DNA from: Escherichia phage P483 | Length of the DNA: 40,829 bases | Sequence record: NC_028822.1 | Direction: 5' to 3' (one strand) | Shown here: positions 1 to 9,767 of the stretch, in pieces | Numbering within the stretch: position 1 is the first letter of the stretch | Layout of the letters: each line of letters opens with the position of its first letter | Program-made: the position numbers and the translations under genes | Notes under the pieces: generated by a model | What the model was told of the DNA's origin: nothing | Seen by the model: the letters and a program-made list of their open reading frames with translations, nothing else | Databases searched by the model: none

Positions 1-150
1 CGCGCAAGCGCTTACCATCGTTACGCAAATCATTAATGACCCTATCAGTGCTGCCCTCCAGCGCCGCAAGGTCTTCTTGGTATTGTCGTGAGATTTCGTT
101 GATAGCAGCTTGTTTATCCTCAGTCGCCTTAACTTTCTTAACGTACTCAT
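1..150 (-). CDS. 18.7: o-spanin Rz1 (T7 gp18.7-like), 5' part of the duplicated copy, embedded in Rz in another frame
   Basis: Same sequence as 40604..40753; see the complete copy at 40499..40753. Confidence 0.6.
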   Translation of the reverse strand, partial: MSTLRKLRRLRINKLLSTKSHDNTKKTLRRWRAALIGSLMICVTMVSACA

Positions 151-265
151 TGTGCACCTCCTGTTCCCATTTAGTGTTAGCTTTGTCATAGCCGTGGTTA
201 TACGCAAGGGTAACACCCAAGGCAAACGCAGCGATTATGGCGTAGCTCTTTAAATTCTTGAGCAT
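1..265 (-). CDS. 18.5: i-spanin Rz (T7 gp18.5-like), 5' part only; the gene continues off the window start and its 3' part is at 40425..40829
   Basis: ATG at 265 (minus) gives MLKNLKSYAIIAAFALGVTLAYNHGYDK..., an N-terminal membrane anchor; positions 1-226 are identical to 40604-40829; full length would be 147 aa. Confidence 0.8.
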   Translation of the reverse strand, partial: MLKNLKSYAIIAAFALGVTLAYNHGYDKANTKWEQEVHNEYVKKVKATEDKQAAINEISRQYQEDLAALEGSTDRVINDLRNDGKRLR

Positions 266-323
266 AACTACCCTCCCATATTTTCAGATTTCACGTAGCG
301 TTACCGTGAGTTGTGTTGAAATA

Positions 324-357
324 TCATAAAGACCACTAGATGTAGCGGCCTTGAGTT
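324..357 (-). other. Putative RNase III processing hairpin (T7 R18.5 position, between gene 18 and Rz)
   Basis: Shares the motif aaaGaCCA...gCgGCCTTGAGTT with five other intergenic sites; forms a hairpin with G-U pairs. Confidence 0.45.
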
Positions 358-363
358 ATTCCA

Positions 364-633
364 TCAGTTTAGCGTGTACTTCTCATCTTCAGTGAGACCA
401 TCAGCACCCACTAGGTTCTGGTACTCTTCGAGTCCATCTGCCAGTCCACCAAGGATGTTACGGTCTGGCTGTAACTTGGAGACTTGGAACTTGTGGCGCT
501 CTAACAGTTTCCCGATAGCGTTATACAGTTGAGGTGTGCGCTTATCGTCATCCTGAAGGTCTTTCAGCATACGTTGAGCCATCTCAGTATCCAGCATCTC
601 AAGGAATTGAATCAAAGATTTATCGTTAGACAT
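364..633 (-). CDS. 18: Terminase small subunit / DNA maturase A (T7 gp18-like)
   Basis: 89 aa, same length as T7 gp18 and similar to its sequence as recalled; position between holin and Rz. Confidence 0.9.
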   Translation of the reverse strand: MSNDKSLIQFLEMLDTEMAQRMLKDLQDDDKRTPQLYNAIGKLLERHKFQVSKLQPDRNILGGLADGLEEYQNLVGADGLTEDEKYTLN

Positions 634-832
634 CTTTGCCCTCCTTCTTCCATTTGATAATCACATCGACTACCTTGGCACCAATTTGAGCCACTGTGTA
701 GGCAATTGCGGCTACATAGAACCACTCGTTGAGGGACAGGCCGAAGAACAGTCTGGCAGCACCATCAGCAACCCCTGTCCCTACAATCGGAGCAGCCTTC
801 ACTACCTCGTTGTTAAAGTCTAAAGACAACAT
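626..832 (-). CDS. 17.5: Class II holin (T7 gp17.5-like)
   Basis: 68 aa; MLSLDFNNE...FFGLSLNEWFYVAAIAYTV closely matches T7 holin as recalled; hydrophobic core. Confidence 0.9.
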   Translation of the reverse strand: MLSLDFNNEVVKAAPIVGTGVADGAARLFFGLSLNEWFYVAAIAYTVAQIGAKVVDVIIKWKKEGKDV

Positions 833-879
833 TGTGTCCTCCTTATTGTTGAGACCATCCGTGGTCGTAGTGTTGTCCG

Positions 880-2904
880 TTATTGGTTTTGAACTAAGAT
901 TCGCGTAGGGACTGAACGGTTGTCTTGGTCGTTACGGAAAGTTCGCCCGTTGTTAGAGATTGTAAAGGTCAACCAGCCGCCCATAGACGAGATATAGTAA
1001 GCCCCATTATCCCCAATCTGAACAGGGTTCCAGCGACCGTTGGTTTGAATCCAGATGGTTCTCCATCGGACATCCTGTGAGAGACCTACGGAAACACCGC
1101 CACCAGCAGAGCCTTTCCAGACCTCAGCCCACCCAGCGTTCTTGCGGACATAGCGACCATCGCCTTGGGCTTGTGTCAATCGACCATTCACTAGGTTGTT
1201 CGTCTCGCTCTTGTTGTAGGCATGTTCGCCAAGGCGTTTGTTTACCCAAGCGTCGATATAAGACCCATACTTCTTGATGTATAAGTTACCATCAGGCGGG
1301 ATATACCACCCCTTATTACTAGATAGCAGTCCATCAATCGTCATGGTCAGTGTGTGGTCATGACCCCCGTCTCCCTTAAGTTGGATGATACCCTCATGAA
1401 AGTTGTTGCTACCTTTCGATACCATGCCAATAGAGAATGCCGCCGGATAACCATTAGAGCGTCTACCATATTGTTTAATCATAGGGTAATACACGTTGCC
1501 ATCCTGATTTCCGGGGAGGCTTTGCGAGTAAGGGGCATTGTTATTCAACTGGCTTGCAAACCCTCCTGACCCAAAAGTTGACTCAGTGTAGAATCTCTCG
1601 TCAGCCCTAATATACTTAGAGACTCGAAGATACCCATCCATAGAGACGTTCTGGTAGAATCGAGAGTCATGGTGAGCGTGGAATCCCCCATAGAAGTCAT
1701 GACGACCGTGCCCATTGGAGCGACCATCAGGCCACGTAGAAGGGTCTGTATTTCCAAACACATAGAAGTCCATGCGTTTTGTACCAGCCTGAATCCACTG
1801 TTCCCATACGGTATCCTTAGCGCCCTGTCCACGCCACTGATTCCATACTAAATCAACTGGTTGTGTGTCATCGCCTCTAGCATCATTGTGGAGCGTTAAA
1901 ACACTAGAGCCTACCTTGCCTTTAAAGTAAACATCACTATCCTCAACCCTGTCAATGGCCTCTGCAAGTGCATTCATGCTGCCTAACTTGTCGGCCTCAG
2001 TCTTAGCACGGTCAGCTTCACTCTTAGAGCGGTTAGCCTCAGTGTTAGCACGGTCTGCATGTCCTTTAGCGGTCTCAACATGTGCAGCAGCCTTGGCAAC
2101 CTCAGCAGCAGCTTTAGTCACTTCTCCGGCAGCACGATTGGCCTCATCACGGGCACGATTGGCCTCAGAGTTGGAACGGTCAGCTTGCTTCTTGGCCTCA
2201 GCGACACTTGCGGTCATACTATCAGCATAACCTTTAGCTCGGTTGGCCTCAGAGTTGGAACGGTCAGCTTGCTTCTTGGACTCAACTGCTTGTTGCGTTG
2301 AGACACCTGCCTGTTGCGTTGAGCGGTCAGCTTCACGTTTAGCACGGTCAGCTTCATCACGTGAGCGGTTAGCTTCCTTGTTAGAACGGTTAGCATGTTC
2401 ATCAGCTTTGGTCACAGCGTTCCAAGCAGACGACTCGCGCTCTTTTACTTGCTTCAGTGGGACAGCATCATAGTCACCAGTAGCGAACGCTAGGTTCACA
2501 ATCTTACGACCACGGGCATCCAAGTGACCATCATTGTTGACACCAATGGTATCCGCAGTTAGGTCTCGTGCCTCTTCAGCTACGTGCAGCGTCTGAATCT
2601 GTGAGATGTTAAGGTCATACGCACGAAGGATTGAGCCATCAGCAAAGTCAACCAGACGGTCGGTTGCAGAAGTGAATCTACGAATCTCAATCATCTGATA
2701 ACCATCGGCAGCAGTCCACGAACGGGAGGTTGTGATTTGGGTCTTAGTGGTAAAGCGATAGTCCTGATTAAGAACCAACTCTTTACGGTCTTTCCCGATG
2801 AGTGTCACTTGGACGAACTTACGTGCTAAATACTCAAAGGTAATCGTGAAGTTCACGGCACCGTTCAGCGGGTAAGTACGTACAGTGGAAATTTTGTTAG
2901 CCAT
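880..2904 (-). CDS. 17: Tail fiber protein (T7 gp17-like) with an expanded repetitive coiled-coil shaft
   Basis: Start moved to internal ATG at 2904 (MANKISTVRTYPLNG..., SD AGGAGG upstream); N-terminal 150 aa and C-terminal tip resemble T7 gp17 as recalled; 674 aa versus 553 in T7. Confidence 0.9.
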   Translation of the reverse strand: MANKISTVRTYPLNGAVNFTITFEYLARKFVQVTLIGKDRKELVLNQDYRFTTKTQITTSRSWTAADGYQMIEIRRFTSATDRLVDFADGSILRAYDLNISQIQTLHVAEEARDLTADTIGVNNDGHLDARGRKIVNLAFATGDYDAVPLKQVKERESSAWNAVTKADEHANRSNKEANRSRDEADRAKREADRSTQQAGVSTQQAVESKKQADRSNSEANRAKGYADSMTASVAEAKKQADRSNSEANRARDEANRAAGEVTKAAAEVAKAAAHVETAKGHADRANTEANRSKSEADRAKTEADKLGSMNALAEAIDRVEDSDVYFKGKVGSSVLTLHNDARGDDTQPVDLVWNQWRGQGAKDTVWEQWIQAGTKRMDFYVFGNTDPSTWPDGRSNGHGRHDFYGGFHAHHDSRFYQNVSMDGYLRVSKYIRADERFYTESTFGSGGFASQLNNNAPYSQSLPGNQDGNVYYPMIKQYGRRSNGYPAAFSIGMVSKGSNNFHEGIIQLKGDGGHDHTLTMTIDGLLSSNKGWYIPPDGNLYIKKYGSYIDAWVNKRLGEHAYNKSETNNLVNGRLTQAQGDGRYVRKNAGWAEVWKGSAGGGVSVGLSQDVRWRTIWIQTNGRWNPVQIGDNGAYYISSMGGWLTFTISNNGRTFRNDQDNRSVPTRILVQNQ
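2161..2279 (-). repeat. Two perfect 35-bp direct repeats inside the tail-fiber shaft coding region
   Basis: ggcctcagagttggaacggtcagcttgcttcttgg at 2161-2195 and 2245-2279; encodes KKQADRSNSEANRA twice. Confidence 0.85.
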
Positions 2905-2953
2905 CTGTAGCCTCCTTTCGGTTAGGTATAATAGGAGGGAAGCTGTGAGAGCC

Positions 2954-2976
2954 TTCCCCAATAGTGAGTCGTATTG
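2954..2976 (-). promoter_or_regulatory. Phage RNAP promoter phi17
   Basis: Minus strand reads CAATACGACTCACTATTGGGGAA. Confidence 0.85.
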
Positions 2977-2977
2977 T

Positions 2978-5900
2978 TTACTTCTTGTCAGCCTTAATGT
3001 GAACACCGTTGGCCTCATAGAACTTAATGAGCATCTGTTGAGAGATTGGGTCGTTAGGAATCATCTCTCGGTGAGCATTCATTAAGCCAGTCATCATCTC
3101 ACGCTCGGTCGGTTTGTTAGGAGCCGTAAGGACACCATAAGCATTTCGACCAGTAGCTAGAGCAGCACCAGCGAAGCCAAGAGCAGGAACCTGTTCACCA
3201 ATAGCGCCCATAATGGAATCACCCATGTCACGAGAAGTCACCGCCTTATTGCGTTCACGCTTGTCATCACCTTTCGGTAGAATCGTAGAGCGAACCATAA
3301 GACCTTGGTCGTAACCAGCAGCACCCATAGCGAAGTTAGCGATACTCAGAGGCGACCCAAGGTGTGAACTTCGGGAGGCCGCTGCGTAGGCAATCATCTT
3401 CGGGTCGAGAGCTTTCTTCAAGTAATCCTTCTGTTGCTCTTTAGGAAGACCAGCAGCTTTCAAGTGAGCCTGTGCCACGTAGTAGGAACCGGCAAGACCA
3501 CCAGAGATAGCATAGGTCAGAGCCATGTCCATAGCGCGATGGTTCTTAAAGGCTTCGTTGCCAGAGCGGATAAACTTAGAGTTCATCGACTTGATGACAA
3601 ACGATTTAAACTGAAGGACTAACTTAGCGGTAGCACCAAACGCATGGGAATCCTGTAAGGAAACCTTATGAGGTCTGAGCATCGTTTCATCAGCAACCTT
3701 ATCAGCTAAACGCCATAAGTCCATAGCACGAGGGTCATTAGCCAGAGCCTTCTTATCCTTGAAGGTGAACTTACCATCTTCACCACGAGTCACGTTCTCC
3801 CGGATGAGAGACTGAATGCCTTCCCACTGTTCCTTAGAGATACTCGCCGACTTCAGCATGTCACCTTTAATCCACTTGTTGGCACCCTTACCAGTGATAG
3901 CATGAGTTACCACATCGCCCATAACACCCTGACGGGCCATGTCCAGAAGGTAGTTTGACGTACCATTGAGGAACTTGGTTAGAGGTGAGCGAGCAGCCAG
4001 TTCTTGAGTTGTGTGCTTAATGGTCCCAACAACCTTTGCTGCAACATCAGGTGTATCAGTTGACTCACGGAGTCGCTGAATGATGTCTTGACGAGTCGGT
4101 CGGATTAACTGGTCGAACTCTTTACCGAACACCATAGAGTGGAGTTCTTTGAGTTCCTTACCGGAGACTGGCTTGTTGCGGAACGCTAAGTCACGCAGTG
4201 CCGGAATGCCATGAAGCATCGCACGGATATTACCCTTCGCCAACATACCGGAGATTTCAGTTAGGTTCTGCAAGCCCATGTATGCGTTCTTCGTAAAGAA
4301 GGACATATCGGACAGAGCACGAACCATAGTGTCACCTACAGTATCCTGATTACGTCGAGCACGACCAGTGAGAATCTTAACGGTATCCTTAAGTGCTTCC
4401 ACTTCACCTTTCATTGTGCCTTTACCTTCAGACTTCTTATCAAGAGCCATGATAGCGTCCTTGAGTTCAGCAGTAGTCTTGCCTGTACCTCCCATGATAG
4501 CAATATCACCATCAACACGGCGGTCATATGCTGGCATCACATGCTTCATATCGAAGTCACGGAGGTCATTCACAGAGAACTGTTGTCCATTCGGTAGAGT
4601 GACTGGCATGTCAGAATCAAACAGGTTACGGGCTTCAAGGAATGAGTTGTTCTCAATCCCAACGAGACCCTCAATGTTATCGTCAATGACACTTGAAGAG
4701 TTGAACTCATCGGTCTTCGCAATACCATAAGCCTTGTCCATAGCGTACTTCTCAGCCATCTGACTAAGCATAGCCTCTTCGTCTACCTTTGGTTCCACCT
4801 TCTCGTCTGTGCCAAACTTCTGGCGCTCTGAAGGTTTAGCCGGAGCAGCTTGTGCACCTTTGGCAGCAGAGGCGGCTTCTTCAGCTTCGGCGGTGGCTCT
4901 GGTGATTCTGTCTTGGACCTTAGTAGCCTGTCCTTTCATGTATTCGAGACGCTCTGTGTTAACACGGACGTGAGACTTCTGGGTCTCAATCATCTGCTTC
5001 CGGCTCTCAATCTTAACAGGAATGGTTTTGCTATTAGGTTTAGCAGCTAGTTTTTCTTCCAACTCCTTCAGCTTAGCCTCATGCGAAGCCAGTCTGTCCT
5101 TGGAGTTCTGGAGTTTCCTTTCACGGTCCGCAACTCGCTTCTCAGCGTTGGTCAGGACGTCTTTTAGTTCTGCTACCTTATCACTTGCCTGTGTAGCTGC
5201 ATCGTCCAGTTTCATCTGGTAACTGGCTGTGTCGACAGACTCTTGGCTTCTGAGGAAGTTCTCAGTGTCAGCCGCAAGTTTGGCATCAGCTTCAGCTTTG
5301 GAGAAAACGTCACTGTTAACCTGTTTAAGGTATTCATCAACACGGGCCTTAACTTCAGGACGTGAATGATAGGATGTCATCCAGCTTGCAGCAATCGCTT
5401 CCTGTAAACCATCAGAACCCCCAAGAGCCTGTGAGTACAACTGCTTGGCTTCCCGTGAGTACACATGAGGAACGTAAGTCCCTTTGTGACGACTGTTAGG
5501 GAAGATAGAGTTGGCCTTGTTACCGAACATCGACGGGTTCTCCATCATCTCACGCTTGAGGTCAAAGTGTTCCTTCATGATGTCCATCACCTTACGTTCT
5601 GCCTTTGTCAAGTTGGCCTGAAGTTCAGGTCTCTCGATAGCCACAGCAGCACGACGATAGATTTCTTGACGGGCACCTTGAGCACCACTCTTGAACATAC
5701 CCACAGACCACTCAGGGTCAGCCATCGCTTCCTTCATTGCACCATAGAGGTCATTGTAGGTTCGCTGGTTGTTACTGTGTAGGCGCTCTTTGATGTCTGA
5801 GGCGGTAGCCCCAAACTTACCATGTGAGCCAGACTCCATACCTGTAGGTGAGCGCACTAAGTCCTTAGCTAGTCCACGGATTTCAGCGTGTTCAGAACGT

Positions 5901-7450
5901 AGAGTTCTCAAGCCGATTTCACTCAGGCCACGCATAGGCAATCCCCAAGCAGCACGTTCAGGGTCTACCTCGGCAAACTCTCTGGCTGTCATAGGGTTCG
6001 CTAGGTTAGTATCACTAATAATGGAACCATCACGCAGCACTACAGCACCCGGTTCAGTTTCCAGTGGTGCATACTCAACGCCGTTGTGCTGTGAGAACAC
6101 TCGGTCTTCACTAGGAGGCATACGGCTTGCGTCATAACCACCAGTGTTACGTGCAGTCTCACGAGCCTCAAAGCGCATCTGTGCAGCAGCAAAGGGGTTC
6201 TCAATCTGTTCAGCACCAGACTTACGGAGACCAGCGGCAACACCATCTGCCACAGCAGTCAGTCCACCAGCCAGTAACATCCCAGCAAGGGCAGCTTCAG
6301 CATAGTGTGCATTGCCACCTGCAACCGATGTACGCAGACCTTCAGAGGCAACGTTAAGTGCACCAGCTTGAGCACCCACCATCAATGCCTTGTTCACCAG
6401 TTTGAATCCCTTGGCTGTACTCCCTGCGAGTGGGACGTAGGTCAACGGGTCCACACCAGCACCAATCAGGCCAGCAGACAGCTTGGCACCAAGTCCAGCA
6501 TCAGCAGCCTTAGCATCAGCCTCGAAGTTCTCGTTAGCCATTTTGATTAGCTCGTCAAGGTTCTCAGCGGAACCACCGAGTACAACGTTCATGTACGCAG
6601 GGTTCTTTACTTCAGTCCGAATCTTCTCCAGTTCTTCAGGCGACCATATGTGGCTATTAAACCGTGTCGGTTGAAGTACATCAGTGAGCACATCAAAACC
6701 ATTGTCACGCTTACCAGCACGGAAGGCAACACCCAAGGTTGAGTTGGAGAGTTCTGCTTCAGCAGCACTACCGAATCCGAAGAAGGTTGAACGCTCATTG
6801 GCTTCGTCAAGAGTTGTTCCTTTTGCTTCCCAATAGTCTTTACCGAACGGCTGATTGGGAGCGGCCTGTTCTTTACCTTGAAAGGACATTGAGTGAGACT
6901 CAGGGAGTTCTGTAGTTACCTTTCCTTTCTTCCCGATACCACTCATAGCAGCATCGAACGGAATCCCTTTACCCTTTGGGGTGATACCACCGAAGGACTC
7001 AATGTCACCACTCTTAGGAGACTTAGCGACATCCAGAAGTGAGCGAAGATAGTTACGCCCTTCGTCACCGATACCAGCAAAGTTACCGGAGTCATAGGCT
7101 TCCAATTGAGGTTTACCAGTACGTCCCTCGCCTTGGTTGTACGCTAGTGCAGCTTTAAGTTCATCCCCATTGTATTTCTTAACGAGGTCTGCAAGGTAAC
7201 GAGCACCTGCATCGATTGACTTAGCCGGGTCGTTGAAGTCCTCATCAGACTGTAGGCCGTAAGCCTGACCAGTTGCCTTAGTGAACTGCATGACACCTCG
7301 TGGCCCTGTTGGTGATTGGGCCGTAGGTTTGAATCGGGACTCTACCCAACCGACCTTCCGAAGAAGGCCATAGGAGACTCCATGTGTGTCAGCAGCTTGT
7401 TGAAATAACGCATCATATTCATGCGGTTCGTTCGGGTTATACTTATCCAC
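2978..7450 (-). CDS. 16: Internal virion protein D (T7 gp16-like) with N-terminal lytic transglycosylase domain
   Basis: 1490 aa; GTG start with SD TAGGAGGT; N-terminus MDKYNPNEP...MQFTKAT and much of the body align with T7 gp16 as recalled; about 180 extra residues inserted. Confidence 0.9.
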   Translation of the reverse strand: MDKYNPNEPHEYDALFQQAADTHGVSYGLLRKVGWVESRFKPTAQSPTGPRGVMQFTKATGQAYGLQSDEDFNDPAKSIDAGARYLADLVKKYNGDELKAALAYNQGEGRTGKPQLEAYDSGNFAGIGDEGRNYLRSLLDVAKSPKSGDIESFGGITPKGKGIPFDAAMSGIGKKGKVTTELPESHSMSFQGKEQAAPNQPFGKDYWEAKGTTLDEANERSTFFGFGSAAEAELSNSTLGVAFRAGKRDNGFDVLTDVLQPTRFNSHIWSPEELEKIRTEVKNPAYMNVVLGGSAENLDELIKMANENFEADAKAADAGLGAKLSAGLIGAGVDPLTYVPLAGSTAKGFKLVNKALMVGAQAGALNVASEGLRTSVAGGNAHYAEAALAGMLLAGGLTAVADGVAAGLRKSGAEQIENPFAAAQMRFEARETARNTGGYDASRMPPSEDRVFSQHNGVEYAPLETEPGAVVLRDGSIISDTNLANPMTAREFAEVDPERAAWGLPMRGLSEIGLRTLRSEHAEIRGLAKDLVRSPTGMESGSHGKFGATASDIKERLHSNNQRTYNDLYGAMKEAMADPEWSVGMFKSGAQGARQEIYRRAAVAIERPELQANLTKAERKVMDIMKEHFDLKREMMENPSMFGNKANSIFPNSRHKGTYVPHVYSREAKQLYSQALGGSDGLQEAIAASWMTSYHSRPEVKARVDEYLKQVNSDVFSKAEADAKLAADTENFLRSQESVDTASYQMKLDDAATQASDKVAELKDVLTNAEKRVADRERKLQNSKDRLASHEAKLKELEEKLAAKPNSKTIPVKIESRKQMIETQKSHVRVNTERLEYMKGQATKVQDRITRATAEAEEAASAAKGAQAAPAKPSERQKFGTDEKVEPKVDEEAMLSQMAEKYAMDKAYGIAKTDEFNSSSVIDDNIEGLVGIENNSFLEARNLFDSDMPVTLPNGQQFSVNDLRDFDMKHVMPAYDRRVDGDIAIMGGTGKTTAELKDAIMALDKKSEGKGTMKGEVEALKDTVKILTGRARRNQDTVGDTMVRALSDMSFFTKNAYMGLQNLTEISGMLAKGNIRAMLHGIPALRDLAFRNKPVSGKELKELHSMVFGKEFDQLIRPTRQDIIQRLRESTDTPDVAAKVVGTIKHTTQELAARSPLTKFLNGTSNYLLDMARQGVMGDVVTHAITGKGANKWIKGDMLKSASISKEQWEGIQSLIRENVTRGEDGKFTFKDKKALANDPRAMDLWRLADKVADETMLRPHKVSLQDSHAFGATAKLVLQFKSFVIKSMNSKFIRSGNEAFKNHRAMDMALTYAISGGLAGSYYVAQAHLKAAGLPKEQQKDYLKKALDPKMIAYAAASRSSHLGSPLSIANFAMGAAGYDQGLMVRSTILPKGDDKRERNKAVTSRDMGDSIMGAIGEQVPALGFAGAALATGRNAYGVLTAPNKPTEREMMTGLMNAHREMIPNDPISQQMLIKFYEANGVHIKADKK

Positions 7451-7473
7451 TTGGAACCTCCTATCGTGGTCTG

Positions 7474-9753
7474 TTAGTCTTTACCAGTCAGCGTATCCAG
7501 AATACCTTTGCCACTCACGCTATCGTACATGCTGCCAGAGCGCTTAGGCTTCTTAGCTTCACGTTCACGCTTGCGGTTCATAGCTCGTGTATGTATGGTT
7601 CGCTTGTTGGCATCTTTGAGTGCCTTGTTACGGGCTTCCTCGTCCAGCTTCGCTTGGTTCTCTTGGTACATCTTAGAGAGCAACTTCTTGTCATACCGAA
7701 TGTTAATCTGTCCGGTTGTATCCATCAGGTAGATAGAGTCACCACGCTCAAACACAGTGAGTTGCTTGTTAGTCACCCAAGGGTTAGTCTCAGCGAGTTT
7801 CTTAGCGGCTGTGTCGATAATGTCCTTACCTTGTTTCCAAGAGTCCGGGTCATCCGTCACACGCAAAGAGTTTATCGTTAAGACACCAATGGTATCACCA
7901 TCAACATCACCAGCAGTTAGAGTTGTTGTGTTCTCTTTGAGATACTTATCGACCTGTTGCATCGCCATATCAGCATTGCCAGTACGGTACTTCACAGAGT
8001 CATAAATCTTACGAGCACCAGCGTCCAAGGTTGCTGGCATACGGGACAGTTCGGGAGACTCGGAGTTGTTCTTCAGCGAAGCCCAAGCCTTGTCATCCTC
8101 GTACTGCATCTCTTTGGTAAGAGACTGTCGAGCCTTATCTGCATCCAGCAGGATTTGCGGGTCAATCCCTTGGTTGTCCATCATGTCCATAGTGAGGAAC
8201 ATCTCGGCCTTATCAGGATACAGCGCAGCGAACAACTCAGGGTCAGCATTACGAACACGGCGTAGGGCATTAAGTGCCACTCCACCATCTTCGGGCATCT
8301 TCCCGTTAATCACAGCGGATGTCCATTCCTTCTCAGCGTCACCAATCAGTTCACCAACCGCAGTACGGAAGGCACCCTTCTCGGAGTCAGCCTTTAGGTA
8401 GTCCAACTTCATGCGGTCTTTCTGTTCATCAGGGATGTTCATAGCATCAATGTCAGCCAGCTTCTTGTTAGCGTAGTTAACCATATCACTATGAGTAAAC
8501 TCACCAGTGTTCTCGTTGGTTGGCATATCGCCATACGCAGTAGACACGTACTGACCATTGAGTCGCTTCTGGAACTGTGCGTCAATGACGTTCATCTTGT
8601 TCATGGACTTCTGTTGCTTATCCATTTCCTTGGCTAACTCAGCGGTCTCTCGCTTCATGCGGTCCTGCATCTGCGTCTGTGCGTTGATTAGAGTCTGACG
8701 TTCAGGTGTCATCTCTTCGCCCGGTTGCAGTGTATCCAGTTCTGCCTTGATAGACTGAAGCTGTTCCCAGCCAGTATTGACGTTCTCTTGGTTCAACGCT
8801 GAGTTCACATTAAGTTGGAACGCCTCTGTCTTCTTGGCATTCAACTGGAACTCATTATGTTGAGCCTTGACCATCAAGTTGTTCCACTGTTCGGCACCCA
8901 TCAGTTCCTTGAAGGTAGTCTCCTTGCCGTGAAGTTTGACCTTACGGTTCTCAATTTGTTGGAGGAACTGACCACCACCCTCACGGTTAACCACGTCAGA
9001 GAGACCTTGGCTAATCATGGTGAACGCTTGGTCATCACTAGGGATACTCCCTGTCGTCAATCCAGCGGTGAAGTAGTTCTCAAAGAACTCACCAGCATAT
9101 GGGGAACGTAGGGTTTCCGGGTCGTTCAACACAGAGTTCAACTCTACGCGACTGTTGATGACAGCACCCTTCTTAGCTTGGTCACTCAGGAAGTTATCGT
9201 GAGCACCATAGAGGGCGATGTTACGTTCAGTGATGTCGGAGTTGAAACCTTTCTGATAGTGCTCATCAGTCTCGTCGATGCCGAACTGTTCCGCATAGTT
9301 CTTAGCGGCTTCTTGTAGGCGATTGTGACGGAACTCTTCCAACTCTTGACGAGTACGGAACTCACCGTTCTTCACCTTCTGTGCCACTTCATCATCTACG
9401 AGATACGCAGCGTTACGACCAGTCTTAATCTTAAGTGCTTCCATCGCATATGGGTCATCCTGATATAACAGTGTCCCATTCTTAATGGCCTCTCGACGTT
9501 GCTCAGGAGTCAGCTTACGAATAATCTCGTTAGAGCGTTCGTCTGCCTTGTCCTTCTGGTGCTGGTCATACTTCATATAGGCATCCGCACCCATCTCAGC
9601 AAGTTTACCCACAGTCCCAATCAGTGCGGACTTCTTGGCATACTTAGGGTCTTCATAGACTGTTGCGGCCTTAACTTCCATACGACCAGTGCCGCGCAGA
9701 CGACTAGCAGCCGGAGAGTTCATGCTACCCAATGCTTGCGCTAACTTACTCAT
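7474..9753 (-). CDS. 15: Internal virion protein C (T7 gp15-like)
   Basis: 759 aa (T7 gp15 is 747 aa); position between gp14 and gp16. Confidence 0.85.
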   Translation of the reverse strand: MSKLAQALGSMNSPAASRLRGTGRMEVKAATVYEDPKYAKKSALIGTVGKLAEMGADAYMKYDQHQKDKADERSNEIIRKLTPEQRREAIKNGTLLYQDDPYAMEALKIKTGRNAAYLVDDEVAQKVKNGEFRTRQELEEFRHNRLQEAAKNYAEQFGIDETDEHYQKGFNSDITERNIALYGAHDNFLSDQAKKGAVINSRVELNSVLNDPETLRSPYAGEFFENYFTAGLTTGSIPSDDQAFTMISQGLSDVVNREGGGQFLQQIENRKVKLHGKETTFKELMGAEQWNNLMVKAQHNEFQLNAKKTEAFQLNVNSALNQENVNTGWEQLQSIKAELDTLQPGEEMTPERQTLINAQTQMQDRMKRETAELAKEMDKQQKSMNKMNVIDAQFQKRLNGQYVSTAYGDMPTNENTGEFTHSDMVNYANKKLADIDAMNIPDEQKDRMKLDYLKADSEKGAFRTAVGELIGDAEKEWTSAVINGKMPEDGGVALNALRRVRNADPELFAALYPDKAEMFLTMDMMDNQGIDPQILLDADKARQSLTKEMQYEDDKAWASLKNNSESPELSRMPATLDAGARKIYDSVKYRTGNADMAMQQVDKYLKENTTTLTAGDVDGDTIGVLTINSLRVTDDPDSWKQGKDIIDTAAKKLAETNPWVTNKQLTVFERGDSIYLMDTTGQINIRYDKKLLSKMYQENQAKLDEEARNKALKDANKRTIHTRAMNRKREREAKKPKRSGSMYDSVSGKGILDTLTGKD

Positions 9754-9767
9754 AAACCGTACCTCCT

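Noticed and set aside
880-3018. ORF-track N-terminal extensions for several genes (for example tail fiber 880..3018, gp12 10869..13460, gp2.5 26651..27415, gene 6 18970..19938, gene 4 23873..25621, ligase 29023..30204)
   Set aside because: The upstream parts lack ribosome-binding sites and are not conserved; internal ATGs with strong SDs match the T7 protein N-termini, so the shorter coordinates were used
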